A DNA stretch of 64,000 nt, taken from Botryllus schlosseri (Eukaryota). The stretch covers positions 28,088,001 to 28,152,000 of the forward strand of contig CM119372.1 of assembly GCA_051294905.1 (NCBI GenBank), in the 5' to 3' direction. A program made the position numbers and the translations under genes. Numbering within the stretch: position 1 is the stretch's first letter; the number at the start of each line of letters is the position of its first letter. Below are positions 12,701-27,006 of this stretch, in pieces. The notes under the pieces are model-generated. The model was not told the DNA's origin and made no database searches. It was given only the letters and a program-made list of their open reading frames with translations.

Positions 12701-15700
12701 ATCCACATTTACGAAATACTGTGGATTGATCAACCCGGGTAGTAAATGATATCCAGCAATTAGGGATGTACCTCAATGACTAGGCATTTTCCTGTTGTCA
12801 CCGCTCGTGCATTTTGTTACGCCATGTAGCCAGCACGCGTACCCATGCTGTATTTAGGCCAATGATGCGTACATATAATTCCATTTACTTTCAACTTGTT
12901 AATGGAAATGTAAGCATAGTAGATAAAGATATAGCTTCATCAATGAACAATTGAACATACACACTTAGACAGTGCACAATGCCTCAGTCGCCATCAATGC
13001 GTACCATACGCAGGCGTGCACAGATTCAGTCGTTTACTTTTTTTTGTTTGCCCTTATTTGTTATATTATGTTAAATATTGAAGTCACTCGTTATATCTAA
13101 CCATTTATCGAGTGAAATGCTGTATAATTCAAATGTGTTAGCAACGATTTTAAATTGTTATCATAGGTGGTATTGTGATCAGTGTTAATGTAAGTAATTA
13201 GGCACGCATATCGAATCGACTATTCAGAATAGGTCGGTGGTTCTTAACCTTTTTGTCGTCGCGGACCCCTGTCGGACCGTCACAGACCCCCGCGGACTCC
13301 CACGAAGTTTTTGTTCAAATTTAGCTCAATTATCGTGCAATCGTCATCTGTCTTGTGCAAATGATAATGATAACTATAGCCTTGGTGATAACACATAAAC
13401 AAAATGACTTTTCTTGAAAATAAGATCATATACTATTCATGAAGAAATTGAGTTAACTTCTATTATTTCAAAGCGAATTATGCAACTGTATTTCTTGAAA
13501 TAATTGGTCGTGTCTTGAAAATTCGTGCCTTCGATTTGACATGAATGACTGCCAAAAATCCATTTCCACAGATCTAGATGGTGGCGAATGTAATAATAAC
13601 GCGGAACGCTTCCGACGACATATTTGGGTATGATCGTAACAAATGTGGCACAAAAATTGACAAACAAATTTTTTAATGAACATATAACGTCAAGCCTGAT
13701 CATTTTTATCTGGCAGCTTATTTTGAAGTTATTATGGAAAAATGGTTATGTATCACAGGAGAAAATGGATTTTTGTAAACATTTCTAAGTCACGATTACA
13801 GGGTTGTAACCAAGTCACAAGGCTCCGAGTCACAAGTCAATCTCACTTTTATAGTTTTGACTCGAGTCAAATCGAGTCATTTTCAATTCGCCTGCGAGTC
13901 AAGTCCGAGTCCAAGTCATCGAGCAGAGGTTCGAGTCCGAGTCATGGGATAATGACTCGAGTCCGAGTCCAAGTCATTGTGTTGACTGCTCAGTATCCAG
14001 TTAAAGTCTTGTAAAACCCACTGTTATAACCATAATCGGTGATATCGTATGGTTCGCATTTATAATATACAAATTTTCCTCACTTTTAATAGTTTCTGGT
14101 TGCATTTCTGGTACCAGCAGTACCAATAGACAAAGCCCCAATAGGGTGGTTACTTTACTATACGTCGAAATTACAATGAGTCGGTCTTGGCCGTATGAGT
14201 CTCGAGTCATATGACTTGGTTCTAGTCATGCGCAATGACTCGAGTCCAAGTCGAGTCAATACACATATTGACTCGAGTCGAGTCGAGTCATTTCCGTATG
14301 TTGAGAAAATGACTCGAGTCAAGTAGAGTCATCAGAAAATCGTGACTCGAGTCATTACAACCCTGCACGATGATTAACCGTACTCATCCAACTTTTCTTT
14401 CCCACAATTCCCGACAAGAAATCTCTAAACAGCAAAATGTTTGTATCAGTGAGCAATTTAGCAATTAAAATAACTCTGCACAGTAGGATATTTCATCTCA
14501 GACGGCCATTCTGTTGGTGTGAGCTTTGGAGTTTTACTAGTAATGAAGCGAAACTGCCTCGTGATTTTCCGAAAAAAATACAAATTAAGGTATCAAATAT
14601 TTTGAGGCTTCGCGGACCCCCTGAAAATGCCTCATGGACCCCCGGTTGAGAACCGCTTTAATAGATATTGCAGAAGCAGTCGGTCTGTTTTGTATTTGGG
14701 GAATTTGAATTGCCTCCCCAACACCGTTGTCAATTCGGTTGTTACTCTCGCTGTTTCATGACACAAAGTAAGTATTGTACGTTTTGTGACTTTCGTTTCA
14801 TATGGCAGATTAAACTATAGCGATGCCAAAACTGCCAAAAATAAAATCTGAAAAAGGCTAATAACAGCACGTCATGTATATAACTGTGTTCAATCATCGT
14901 ATTTGTGCCAATTCCATTGTTTGCGAATAAAGGTGTTGCTCGAATAGAGCCTACGTTATCCGTGATGTAATGTATAGCAGTGGTGGCCCTACGAACAGGG
15001 GGGCCCTGGGCGGGACTTACCGGGGGGGGGGCCTATAAGTATCTATCCGTAACTTCTGAGGGGATCCGCCCCCCAGACCCCCCTTCCGTATCGGTTATTA
15101 TTATCTATCTTTCACCGTCGCAAAAGGTTTGCCCAGGTCCTGGATTCGGCCATGTCTGTTTTGCATGTGTGCAAGCATAGATTACATCAAAACTAAGTAA
15201 TTCTACCGCATGCAGAGACGTGATAATTATCGGGATACGGGACTTTTCTAACAAATGCAGTGATTTGATGATGATTGACACATCTGTACGGAATCATATT
15301 CTTGCTTGGTAAACGGATTTCCATGTTTATTCGTCATTCTCCTTGAAAAAAGCGCAAAATCCAAATAGATGGGCCCCCTTCGACCAGGGGGGCCCGGGCG
15401 ACCGCCCACCTCGCCCACCCCAAAAGACACCACTGATGTATAGTACTATTTTGCATGACGTTGATGGCATTCCCGTGAAATAGAATGGTATTGATTGAGG
15501 TAATCTGTAACCATTGACTGGTCCGGCCCGCGAGCGATCAAAACTTTTCAATCCGGCTCGCGACCCAAGTTGAGTTCGACACCCCTGCTATATATAGTTC
15601 AAAAACGGAATAAGTAATGAATCTTTTGTTATGGTCGTGCATTAATGTTAGTATCGTTTACCTTATTAGTACTATTATTCCTTACAGCGCATACGTAGGG

Positions 15701-18700
15701 CTAACACCGCATTGTGAATAAAACAAATTGAGCATATAAATATATCAACGTAGGCTATATCGTTATGTAAAAACCTCTGGATTAACTGTACAGCCTAACT
15801 GTATTCAATCGGCCAACCTTGGTATATTTTTCCAATTCCGTTGCGCGCGAATAAAGGTGCTGTTGCTAGAATAGAGCCCATATGACTCGCAATACAATAT
15901 AATATACTATTATGTATATAGGCTTTATAATAGAGTAACTCATTGAAAAACAAGGGTATGGATATTCGGTAACATTTTGGCCGGATTTTACAGGTCCGAC
16001 TCGCGAACGATAAAAAGGTTTGAATACAGCCCGCGACTCAAGCTGAGTTTAACACCCCTGGTCCATAGCTTTGTTCACAAAGAAGCATTGTCATCCAACA
16101 TGTCCACATTCAAGTCGAAATACAAACCATTTCTACTGAACAAATACTAGATAATCCCATAGTTTACCGGACCACGACCTGACATATCTATCTCGCTTTT
16201 CGACGCATGCCAAATTTTTACTTTTCATTTAGTGTGCATGCCTCCTTTTTTACATCGCCTGGGTCAGGTGCGTGTCTGATTTCGAAGACTACTAAATTGA
16301 ATTGTGACCATTTTCATTACTGTCACAATAGCGACTGCATTCCAAAATAACCGTTCAATCTGAGTGTACAGTAAACCCAGCAAGCGTCTTGACTTCCAAC
16401 GCTACTCAGGCGGACCGAAGCGTATGAGGTTTATATATGGGCTCCTTCTCCCCTGTCGCTTGTTGATACGGCGACAAAAAAGTTTAGAAAAAGACCCAAG
16501 GAAAGAGGTACAAGAAGACAGCCGAATAAATATTGACAAAAGTCACTATAAGCAATATGCGAATGCCAAATTAAGAAACCTCAACTGGTCTTTTCGCGGT
16601 ACTCGTATTTATTTATTATGTCATATTGTGTCTTGATTGGATGTAAACATATTATCTGACGATAACAAAACGTTCGAAACATCTCGTCCGAAATGGCTAA
16701 TGCACGATACGTGTGTCATTTCTTTCGAAAAGATATCGATGGTGCCACGACGAAATAAATCCCATTTTACATCTTCTCCAAGAATTTGCTATCAAATAGT
16801 CATCCAAAATACAAGAATCAACTTACATGGGGTTCATATTTTCTATATCCATAACCTCCTGAAGTACGGTACCGTTAAGATGCTCCGATTTTTTGTGTAT
16901 CTCAATAAGAGAGTTGATAATTTGTTTCGTACGTCGAATGCTTGCTTTCAAGCCCTGTATATAACACAGTATTGGGATATCAATAAATTTTAAGGGTTCG
17001 AGGATGTTTGAAAATGTACGATTGTAAATATGAATTCAACATTTCCTCTCCAAGTCACTCGTATACGAACAAAAACTCACTATTGACGCTTTCAGCTTCC
17101 AGTAGCGCCCGGTATTTTCTGCCGCGATGAGTGCCATCATTCTACGCGTGCCATAAAATAATTCAGTCATATCCGACGGGACATCCTGTCTCAGCAAACC
17201 TGAATTAATATGTCAACGCGGTCGGAAGATGGGCAAACAAATTTAACCATCACACTTTTGAAATCATTCAATCTTCGTTACGGACAATTATCCGTGTAAA
17301 TCTTCTGATAGCCCATCATGTCGATTAATACGACATAACAGCGATGCTCATCGTCATGATGATTTGCGGGCTATGTCACAGATCTCTTAATTACGATATA
17401 ATTTTCCATGTAATGACTGGAGACATGGGCCTAAGATGAAGATCGCGTGGAGAAAGTGCAACAGTGAAGACATAGACGGGCCATAAAGTTTGTAACGTGT
17501 TAGGAAACGATGACGCACGATGGCTCGTTATATGGAGTTACCATCTTTGAGATCCTAAAAAGGAGACACTTTTTAAAAATTCTGAAAGCTATAGCACCGG
17601 ACAAGAGATCTGGTGATTTCGACAATTTTTCGACCGATAGTACTGTGTTGACTAAAACCAAAGGTCATCACTTCGGCCCGATTTACCCGATTTTTCACGA
17701 AACTCTCACTCACGTTCGCTGCGTCGGGGTCGCGTTTTTGATCGCATTTTATTCCTTTTTACAGAAAAAGAGGACAAATTCCAAAATAAGAGGACATTTA
17801 GGCGTCCTCCGAGGACACTTTCAATTTATTGAAAAAAGAAGACAAATCCTCCTAAAAGAGGGCGTATGATAACCCTATCGTTATATGACGACTGATCTAG
17901 TTGTCACAGAGATATATAGCTGCAGCAAGAGTGCAATGATGTATTTAAAAAATATTTTCGCTGCAGTTTGGCGATTTTCGGAAAAAATGGGTGCTGCCAT
18001 ATTTTCCAATTTTATTTCTAATTTGAGAGCACATCTTATTCAGAGCGAAATTCCCCTTTAAGAAACTGTACTTGGTCGCATCCTCCTATTTGTTAATCAC
18101 ATCGCACTGTGTCTTGTGCGATCACGCCTGTATATGTCGACGGCAACCCACTTCACCTCCTTTTCTCGCGGCTTCCCGCTGACATACTGTCTTCGAAAAC
18201 CCAGGGGAGATTAAGTGATCTGCAGTAAATGCAGAAAACAAATTTCAATGACAGATTGAAATCCGAAGAAAATGGTTACCCCTGGGATATCATTGAACTC
18301 TTACAGCGCACGAACCGCACCGGTAAGGTGGTGCCCGGCGCTTTATAGTCAACGAAAATCTCGTGTCATCCTCTGCTAACAGTTAGATTGACTGCGAGAA
18401 AAGATATGTTACATATATGGTGAATTGAAACCTAGTAACTCTAATATAGTGGTTCTTGACCGGTATTCCATGGAACACCAGGGGTTTTGTTGGACAGTCT
18501 CATGGTTTCTATGGAGGTCAAGACACGCCCTGAACTCATACATACATACCTATATGATAATTAGGGCAAGTTTTTGTTGCACTAAAATGGCGAGAAAGTT
18601 GCATTTAATTTCAACAAAAGTTGCAGTAAAATGTTGTATTTATAATTTTTGTTGAATTATTAGGGTTTGGGATACTCGAAAGGCTCCGTTGTATAACCTA

Positions 18701-21700
18701 GTTACTGCAGAGCTGTCAAATTTGATACTTTAAAAAGGTAAAAACTGGTAAAAAGCCAATTGAGGCGTTTTGCTCCTCCAATGTCGAAAAAGGTCAAATT
18801 GATGGACATAGATGAATGATAATAATTCTACATAAGATAATTGATACTTGAACTTTCCAGACGATCGTGGTAGAGTGGGGACGATATCTGGCGCGCAAAT
18901 TCCTAAATTCAATCCGTTTCGACTAATTTGGTGGATATTATGACGTTTCCCGCTTAAGGTAGGCGTGTTGCCCCACTCTACCTTACTTCATTTGAGTCAG
19001 GCTGAGTAGACTCATGGAGTAGTTTACCCGATGTGAAATGCTCACCCAGTCTGCAATTTAGCACGAACGTTCCTGCCATTTCCGTAGACCATCGTTGCGC
19101 AAGCTCTGCCAAACCGGGAACCTGTCGTGTGACCATATAGTATATTAATATGGAAACCACCACGGGTTGATGTACGTAGCATATATATGCGATGAAATCG
19201 AATTTTCATGGGATTAGAATGCGAGAATAATTTGAAGTAAGCCCTATACCAGGCATGGGAAAGACTGCTGAGCGCCTAACAGGATATCTGCGGATACCAC
19301 TTTTTGAGTATTTCGTCTGACCCGGCCGGGGATCTAATCCACGACTTACAGTTCAGGAAACTGGACGTGTCACCATTACACTATCTCGCTCGGTATTTCT
19401 CGTATTTCTCAGGTAGTTCGAGGGTTCTCAAACCCCTTGAATGCTATATTGCCGTTTCGCTCAAATGGAAATCTTGGCACTTCAGCTCGATTCCACACGC
19501 CAGATGATGATGTCGAACACTTCAGTTCAATTACAATGTCGTTTAGCACGGGAGGGATGGATCAAAACCCTGAAAGTTTCTGGTGCGCGTGAACACAAAC
19601 TTATAACATCACCTTGCTGGTACAAGTGAATCATCAACTCTCCCCCCTTACATCCATGCCGAAAGTTGACTACTATCGATTACACCTCTGACACGTCACA
19701 AAAGTAAATGTTAAATGATAGGGATGGTGGGAAAGTTCTTTTCATTTTGCTAGCCTTGGTAATTCGGAGGTTCTCAAATGAACTCTGGTTTAGGTTCTGA
19801 GCTACGGAGTTAACATCTTGGTGAAATATCTCCAACTTAAAGTAATGTTAACATTGTTGATCGAAATTCCCTAAAGTTTAACTTCCTGTAGCTCTTGCGT
19901 CAAGCAGGCAAGATGAAAGGATTTTCAAAAGCAAACTGAAATAAACCTCGCATATCCAACAATTATTCTGATTGATGCGGTATTTTCTTCAGATATCATG
20001 CAATTCCGGTAGTAAATAATAAATTCGTTCTTTTCCGTAGACCGACAAGATATGGTAGTGGTGGAGCGCCCGGCTTCCTAATCAGTAGTTCGTGGATTCA
20101 GTCCCCGGGCAGTTCAGACTAAAGACCCTTATCACTAAAACTGGTATCGGTAGCTTCCCCTTTTGGTGCTGGACATTTCTTCTGGGATAGCATGGAGGGG
20201 TGGTGCAAGACTGAGAAAGTCATGTGCTGTGCACAGATCGTTTATAGTGAGTATATGACGCTAAAACATCAAGGACAAAAATAATACAATGCCCTTTTCC
20301 TACATTGCTACGCCATTTCGTTTTACAAGTTCATACTTCTTTTTTTATCTTGGCCTCTACTGTGCGTCTATAGGTACATATGCATTGTGCAAGTCATTGT
20401 ATTTTTCACTTCATGTTTTCAAGCCGCAGCAAGTAGCCAAGATAGCACGTATAGATCATTAATCACATATATATATATATAGCACTAAATGCAGCATCAA
20501 ACACATTTTCATTTTGTATTTTCGTTTTACAGAAAACAACAGATGTTTTGTGCTTTGAAGGACAGAAAATATTTAGAGTGTGCCATTCATGTTGCGACGA
20601 AAATGTTTTACTTATCACTAGAACGATTTGTTTTGACCTTACAAACGGAAGATTTTGCTCTGAAGATGAACATTTTGACATTTTTTGACGTTATAAAACC
20701 TAATTTTGATATAATTTTATCCTCATATATGTAAATTAGGCGTTTTCGAACATAATGTTAGAATTGGGCTACTTGTCTTCATTTCTGGTTGGAACCGTCT
20801 GTCTGTCATTACGTAGTAGTCTGGCATGAAAAAACTTTTTGACTTGAAAAATGGCAAATTTTTGAATGAAAAAATTATTTTAACGAAATCTGGACCTATG
20901 AAGAATTCCAGTAGTCAATTAAAATTTGTTGTAGTACAACGAAAGACACTTTCCTACATTATCGGGTAAAAAGTGTGTGTCCTTACGAACTAGCTTGCCA
21001 ATAACGGAAAAATAACGTTTAACAGCCGGCTGCCAACATTAAAGTTGTGCGTACACTGCTGATGACACACCGCGTTGTTTCACACTGACAATGTCGCCTA
21101 TATCACAAATTTTCATCATTCTCTTCTTGATATAAAAACCAATGCCCAAGCAGGCTTGCTTCAGTTGGGATATTGCGATACTTTGAGCATAACACCATGC
21201 CAACCCATTTCTTTCATTTGACAGTTTATGATTCACAATGAGCAGAAACTGGGCCGTCTACAACGGTAGGCCTATAAAGTACATTACAAGCTGTACAATG
21301 TCAAATGATAAGTACACCGACAGGGCAAACATCTACGATATCAACGAAATGCAGGTTGCAAAAATTTTTTACTTTGTAAACAAGTTTTACAATTTTTGAC
21401 CTAACGCTATAATTTTGTCAAAATTTTGACTTTTTTGCAATGTCAAAAAACTCACCCTACTTATAACTTTTTAATGGCGTACGATTACCTTTCTCAAAGT
21501 CAGTAGGCCTACTATCAAAACATCATTTCTGAACCTCAAACTTGTCATTCCTGTTCTTCTTAATGAATTCAACAGCTTCTCTACAGACGTCTTGCTGCTC
21601 CTTCGTATACTTCCACGTTGTCGGCTTTCTCAGCAATAGCTTATTTATCGGTTGTCGCAGCTGTTATGAAAACATACTGGAAATTCTGATTTGCTATCAG

Positions 21701-22560
21701 ACAGTGGAACTTAGAAATGAACTAAAGATTGTAAAAACTATTACGCGAAACCAATTTTCGCCTTTTGCGTTCACTAGCGAATTGGGATGGTCCATAGCTC
21801 TCTTGATGGTATCGACTGAGTCAAAATTCATCCGAAAGGGTAGTCTTCCTTCCATGCGGAAAAGACGCTCCGTGTCTTCCTTGGTCCGACAGAAAACGTT
21901 GTCTACAAAGATTGAATAGCTGACTGTAATCAGTATCACAGTCCAACTTTGCAGTTCGTCATACAGGAGCCGCCTGGAATCCTTTCCTTGAAGATATCCC
22001 CATAATCGTCATGTCTCTTCGCCCATAAATCATATAACCTTCGCACGTCGAAACCGCGAATTGGCGTGTAATCTAGAGCGGTGCCAATAATCGGTAATGA
22101 ACGTGGACCAGGAATTGACTCAAACGGAAGTGCGTTTTCACGTTGTAGTTTCTCCCCTGATTGGAAGATGGTATACGAATCAGTAAAATGGATTTTGCTA
22201 ACATCGTATTAGATTAGCTCAGATATGCGAAAACGATAAAATTCCTTCCGAATCCAAGATTCAGCTCGTTCTTCACGATTACCTTTGATTACAAATGGTG
22301 GAATAAGGAGTCTGGTAAGTCACGACTTACTGATTTTATTTGCTAGTGCCAAAATGGGCTTGGTTCCCTTGCAGGACTCACTCAATCTGCCTGTACCATA
22401 TTTCTAACCAACTTGATTCAGAATTTATCCCACAATTTACAGTATACGGTAATACCGAATTTTTACTGATACCTGCGTTGTTAGAAATCCTCAACGATTT
22501 TGAGCAGATATGTATTCTTCTTGCGTTGAATAAGTATCGAACAGTGGTACGTCCGATCAT
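9594..22560 (-). CDS. Cytochrome P450, mitochondrial clan (3'-incomplete in window); exons 22473-22560, 22331-22390, 21965-22156, 21745-21902, 21535-21660, 19046-19121, 17081-17199, 16827-16954, 9791-9953, 9594-9720
   Basis: Arg-rich, acid-free N-terminal presequence; LPFESIPGPRSLPIIG hinge; C-helix GENWFRLR; QRWSTE..RLG; I-helix GAIETSSNT; K-helix KEAHR; DVVLSGYRVPAG. GT-AG junctions with consistent phases. No FxxGxRxCxG exon found. Confidence 0.88.
9791..9953 (-). CDS. P450 exon 9 (I helix)
   Basis: EKESLLFDQLIGAIETSSNTILLCLYCLAMSERVQHKLRDEI. Confidence 0.9.
10752..12539 (+). mobile_element. hAT non-autonomous element, (GCTCCG)n family
   Basis: TIRs cagggatttggagc / gctccaaagccctg; perfect 8-bp TSD gaaatgtc. 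Confidence 0.92.
13235..14658. mobile_element. hAT MITE with nested (GACTCGAGTC)n element 13799-14365
   Basis: Outer ggttcttaacc / ggttgagaacc TIRs; inner cagggttgtaa TIRs with TSD cacgatta/cacgatga. Confidence 0.8.
14978..15435. mobile_element. hAT MITE nested in another hAT remnant ending 15587
   Basis: cagtggtg / caccactg ends; perfect TSD atgtatag. Confidence 0.8.
16827..16954 (-). CDS. P450 exon 8
   Basis: GLKASIRRTKQIINSLIEIHKKSEHLNGTVLQEVMDIENMNP; phase-2 gtaagt donor matches exon 9. Confidence 0.75.
17081..17199 (-). CDS. P450 exon 7
   Basis: GLLRQDVPSDMTELFYGTRRMMALIAAENTGRYWKLKASI; ttcag acceptor / gtgagt donor. Confidence 0.78.
19046..19121 (-). CDS. P450 exon 6
   Basis: VPGLAELAQRWSTEMAGTFVLNCRL+G; cag acceptor / gtgag donor. 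Confidence 0.85.
19265..19394 (-). mobile_element. Copy of the same tRNA-SINE (5' part)
   Basis: Reverse complement accgagcgagatagtgtaatgg..gatccccggccgggtcag. Confidence 0.78.
20041..20215 (+). mobile_element. Diverged copy of the same tRNA-SINE
   Basis: Collinear similarity to the 34761 copy, including ggatagcatggagg. Confidence 0.65.
21535..21660 (-). CDS. P450 exon 5
   Basis: LRQPINKLLLRKPTTWKYTKEQQDVCREAVEFIKKNRNDKFE; completes WxxxR. Confidence 0.85.
21745..21902 (-). CDS. P450 exon 4
   Basis: YNVFCRTKEDTERLFRMEGRLPFR..SLVNAKGENWFR. Confidence 0.88.
21965..22156 (-). CDS. P450 exon 3
   Basis: EKLQRENALPFESIPGPRSLPIIGTALDYTPIRGFDVRRLYDLWAKRHDDYGDIFKERIPGGS. Confidence 0.88.
22331..22390 (-). 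CDS. P450 exon 2 (60-nt, phase 1-1, tentative)
   Basis: ggtacag acceptor, GRLSESCKGTKPILALANKI, gtaagt donor; frame-neutral. Confidence 0.5.
22473..22560 (-). CDS. P450 exon 1 (putative mitochondrial targeting peptide)
   Basis: MIGRTTVRYLFNARRIHICSKSLRISNNA+G, gtatca donor. Confidence 0.65.
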
Positions 22561-24410
22561 TATTTACCTTACACGTCCAAACAGGATTCCTTCCCTTTTA
22601 GAAAGCTCTATTACCACTACTTCGTACATGCACGATTGTGTTAACAGGATTCATGGATGGCATTCTCATTCTAGAAACTTTCGGTCTCAAGCTGCAACAA
22701 TTGAAGCAGGCAGCCTTCCCACGAATACTTGGCACGCTGGTTGCATCGAAGCATTTATTGTCGTTCTGACAGATCTCAGAGGCTTATAAGTTATAAATAA
22801 GATTATGTTACATTCACTTTGAAACTATATACCCTTTCTATACTCCGCTCGATATGTTCAGATTTTGTTGGCGATTCAATACGCAATAAGAAAATATAAG
22901 CCTCTAGTCATCGATTGACAGGCAGCAACATTCTGAATAAAGCTATGAGAACATGGTACATGACATGTCAGAAAACGATGGATATCGTCACGGTATTACA
23001 ATCAATTAAATATAATCAATTCCTTTAACATGTCATGTACCAAGTATACTATTAGCACAGAGGACGGCGCCGAAAATAAAAGCGCAGTAATAATAGTAAC
23101 AAATAAATACGTCATCCTATCCAACAGTTACTTTTCCTAATTCATGCCGTTCTATAACTGTATACCCACATATTGTCCTCTCGCGAGCCTTTTCCTTTGC
23201 ATGGCTCGACGTATTTTCATTATTTCGGTATTTCAGTGCTTGTTGTCGTTGCATTATTAAATGTTTCTTTATTTGTAATGCTGCTTGTACGCGACAATAA
23301 CTCTCATAGGTGTCCAACATCGCATCGGTTTCTTCCTACCCTTCATTGTATCACAATCTTGCAGCATTTTTTTGCGGCTCTCCGAACACCATGGTTGCCG
23401 GTATTATCATAATTTATTTTTTATTTTTATTTCATTTTGTGATAGAGGGTACGAAACGCAAAGTATCTCAAGATAAGTTTTTCATTACACTTGTCGCATT
23501 TTTAAAAGATGAGTGATAAATACTTCTAACATCCAATAAATATTTCACCACCTAGTAATTTACGACGCAACGCAATCACGATGAGCTAAACCATTCGCGC
23601 AGTGGCAGACTACGCACTACCAGCTTACGATTTCCCCAAAAAATTCAACCTTAAAAATTTCACAATCTGCAGAGCATGGCTCTACGACTTTGCTGCAGAG
23701 CCATGCGCGGTACACCCATCTGAATGCTGCAATCTGAGTACCAGGAAATGGCTTTTCATATTAGACATCAATATCTCTGTTATAACTACCGCCGTCAGTT
23801 ATTGAGTAATTGTTCTCCCCGCCCATCTTGTTGCCTAAACTAAGATTCTTGACATGAAATCTTGAGTTCATTCAACACTGTCGCTATATCATTTGTAGGG
23901 AAATATCGTTGGATACACGTGAGGTACTGGATAGTCGTAAGTAGATCAATCATTGGCCGAACGTAGAATGGCATCTCTCTCCTTCAATTGATAGTCATTC
24001 GAAACCGAATTCGATGCATGCTTCCCTCGTAAGGTAATTGAGGCTGCAAAACAATTTTCTCCACAATACTGAGCGACTCGGAGAAGCCGCTGATACCACT
24101 ATTACGTGAAAGTCTTAGGTCGAAACTGAACGTGTATGGAACCAACGTTAGTATTATTACGTTATTTCGTAGTTGATTTTCGATCTACCCAGAGGAGACT
24201 GACTTTTGCGTCTCTAGTCATCATCGAACGAAAAGCATTCATCGGTTCGTGGCCAGAATGCTTTGTCCATGTCAATACCGAGTATATGCAATTCCGCGAG
24301 GAATACATAGGACAATTCGATATTATACTACGGTGTTTGCGGGACCCAGTCCAACGGAAGAGAATGAAAAGAGCAAGAAGATCCTCAAAATAGCAAGATA
24401 GACGTAGAAC

Positions 24411-26420
24411 TATAGTTGTGTTAAAAAACAAAAATCAATTTAAAAGAAACATGTTTAAATCAAGGGCCGTGTTTAAAACATGTTTTTCATTGCTGTTCTT
24501 TTCGAAGCCATGACGTTACGTATATTTATTTCTGACGTCATAGTTGATTGATATTCACAGTTGGAAATATAGGGTAAATATATCTCCTTTGACGAAATAA
24601 GCTTCTAACCCCTGTAATAGGACCGAAAAGATATTTAACCAGGACTACATCGTCATGCAGCATTTTTACGGTCGGCGGTTATCATCATCAGAACATTCAT
24701 TCCGTAGCAGTGATCTATATCTATTATCTATGTAATATAGCTGTTTAACCGACTACTTCGCGAGGGCTCCAGCCATCGCGTATACGTCGGCTATATCGAG
24801 TGGTAATCGTCGTCCGTAGGCTCATACGACATGTGTTTTGGAAAGTATTTACACCTGTGGTTCCCAAACTTTTTCGGTGTGAGGGCCAAATTTAGAATTT
24901 CAGAGTACGGTCGGGACCACACGAATACTACGGCTATGAAACGGACCCGAACAGTCATCATGGCTATTTCGGAGTAGTTTTATTGCCCTGGCGAGATTTC
25001 AAAACTGTACACTGTTTACCGCTACTTATCTGCTGCATTGGGTGTCCGTTGAGTGAATCAGCCTTTCTCGCCTAAACGCGCGAAGCGGGATGGTATTTGT
25101 CTTGTGAGGTTCGCATTACCAAGATAAGAACATTCGGCGCCAGTCATTTAGGCGCCTATATGGACAAATAAACCTATATGTATTTTGTATAGATAACGAA
25201 GTTTTTGGTGATTCGAAGTTTTTGGTCAGCATAAAAGCAGTCCTTTATGGCCAAGGCTTTCTCGCTGCCGATCGTTCTGACACACTTCTTGGAGTCGCAT
25301 GTTACATGGCCTAAAACTTTATATGTCTTGGTGCGTTGTGGTGTTGTCATGGCCAGCGGTGATATGCCCATTTCTATAAATCTTGCGTATTTTTTCTTGG
25401 GGAAGAGTACCCGATAATCAAGATATGTGGCGAATTGAAATCGCGCAAAGCGCGAAATTTTTTTGAAAAATTGTCTAAATATTCAAAAAATACTCTATAA
25501 TTTATGCTAATTCACGAAATAATTTAGAGCCCCCTTCGAGCTCGGCCCCCCTCAATTGGGGGGTTTGGGGTGCGGCAGTTAAGGCCCTGACTATAGGACT
25601 ACCATTTAGGCTGCTTTTATCCGGCTAAGCAGTATGCCTCTCGGCGTATTCAACCGTGAGTCACGTGTTGCACATCTAGTTATCATAGGGTTACGATACG
25701 TCCTCTTTTAAGATGATTTGTCCTCTTTTTTGATTTTTTTTAAAGTGTCCTCGGAGGACGCCCAAATGTCTTCCTTTTTGAGATTTTGTCTTCTTTTTTG
25801 AGGATTTTGGTTACATATAGAGGCAAATTCGACTGATATACATTAAATCAGCACTGTAGGAACGCTACGGCGGCTATTTCGGGAGCTGGACCAGAAAGTT
25901 GACCTTTTTTTTAGTCAACCACCTGTTAATGGGAAAGAAAAACTGTATTTTCCGGGAGCTGAGCCTTTTTTTTCTTTTTTAGTCAAGCGACCACGAAGTG
26001 GGAAAAATTTACCATTTTTCAGGATTTTCCTCCGGTTTTGAAAGTTATCAATACCTATTTATGTCTATAGCTACTGCTCGTTCAACTGGAAAGTTAGGGC
26101 ACATTGCATTGAAACAGCAGTAACGTAACGTTAGCAGTCTATACTCACAACTTTCCTTCAATTCTATAATTAAAAACTACAGAGGCCAAGCCAAGCAAGA
26201 ATATTTTATAAATATAAATATGATTTTTTGTCATAAATCAATTTCTCAATATATTTGGGGGCCGCAAGAAGGCTATCTGGGGGCCCCGCTTGGGAATCAC
26301 TGATCTACAAAATTATGGCATGATTATACAACTTGAAAGAAACACAATTTTTATTGGCTTTTATTTAAAACACTGGTTAAAATATGTCTTAAACAACCAT
26401 TTGTTTTGAATGCAACCCTA
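24411..26420. mobile_element. TAGGGTTGCA-TIR hAT MITE with nested elements (~24853-26302)
   Basis: Perfect TSD cgtagaac; reverse-complement relative of 47149-47600. Confidence 0.82.
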
Positions 26421-27006
26421 CGTAGAACACTGTTACATCGGGCATTGTGCTGAGGAGGGTGACAGATTTAGGGACCGTAGCCTACTAGGTAGCGGCAACA
26501 TCCTTTTATCTGTTCATTATATCACGATATGTCTTGTGTATGTCATTTTAGATTGTTTGTCTTGAGCTGATAAAAGTATTGAAATCATCAATTTTACCGA
26601 TTATTCCATACTCTGGAGTTGATATCCATTATTTTTATAGGTCGACGGCAACCCTTACGGTTTAAATTTTCGGTTAACTATTAATAATAATTTTATTGTT
26701 TCAAAATACCACGATCGAATCCATGAAAAGATTAGGAAGGTTTCGAAACGACTTGGAGAGTCTTGTGGCAATCTCATATTCTCTCGAGCCCCTTCAGCAG
26801 TCCAATCGACACCCCAGGATGAGAATCACTATCATTCATGGCATAGTAGTCACCCATCAAATCAAATATCGTCCTGATGAAGTTACCGCATGATACCGGT
26901 TTCGATGGTGATTGGTCCTCTCGCACAATTTGTGACATAATCATCTGAATAAAACATGTTACAAAATCAAATAAATCACATCATGTAATCCTTTCTCGTC
27001 ACGCCA

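Noticed and set aside
13799..14365. GACTCGAGTC repeats as a CRISPR-like array
   Set aside because: Irregular spacing, no unique fixed-length spacers, bounded by TIRs and an 8-bp TSD; eukaryotic context
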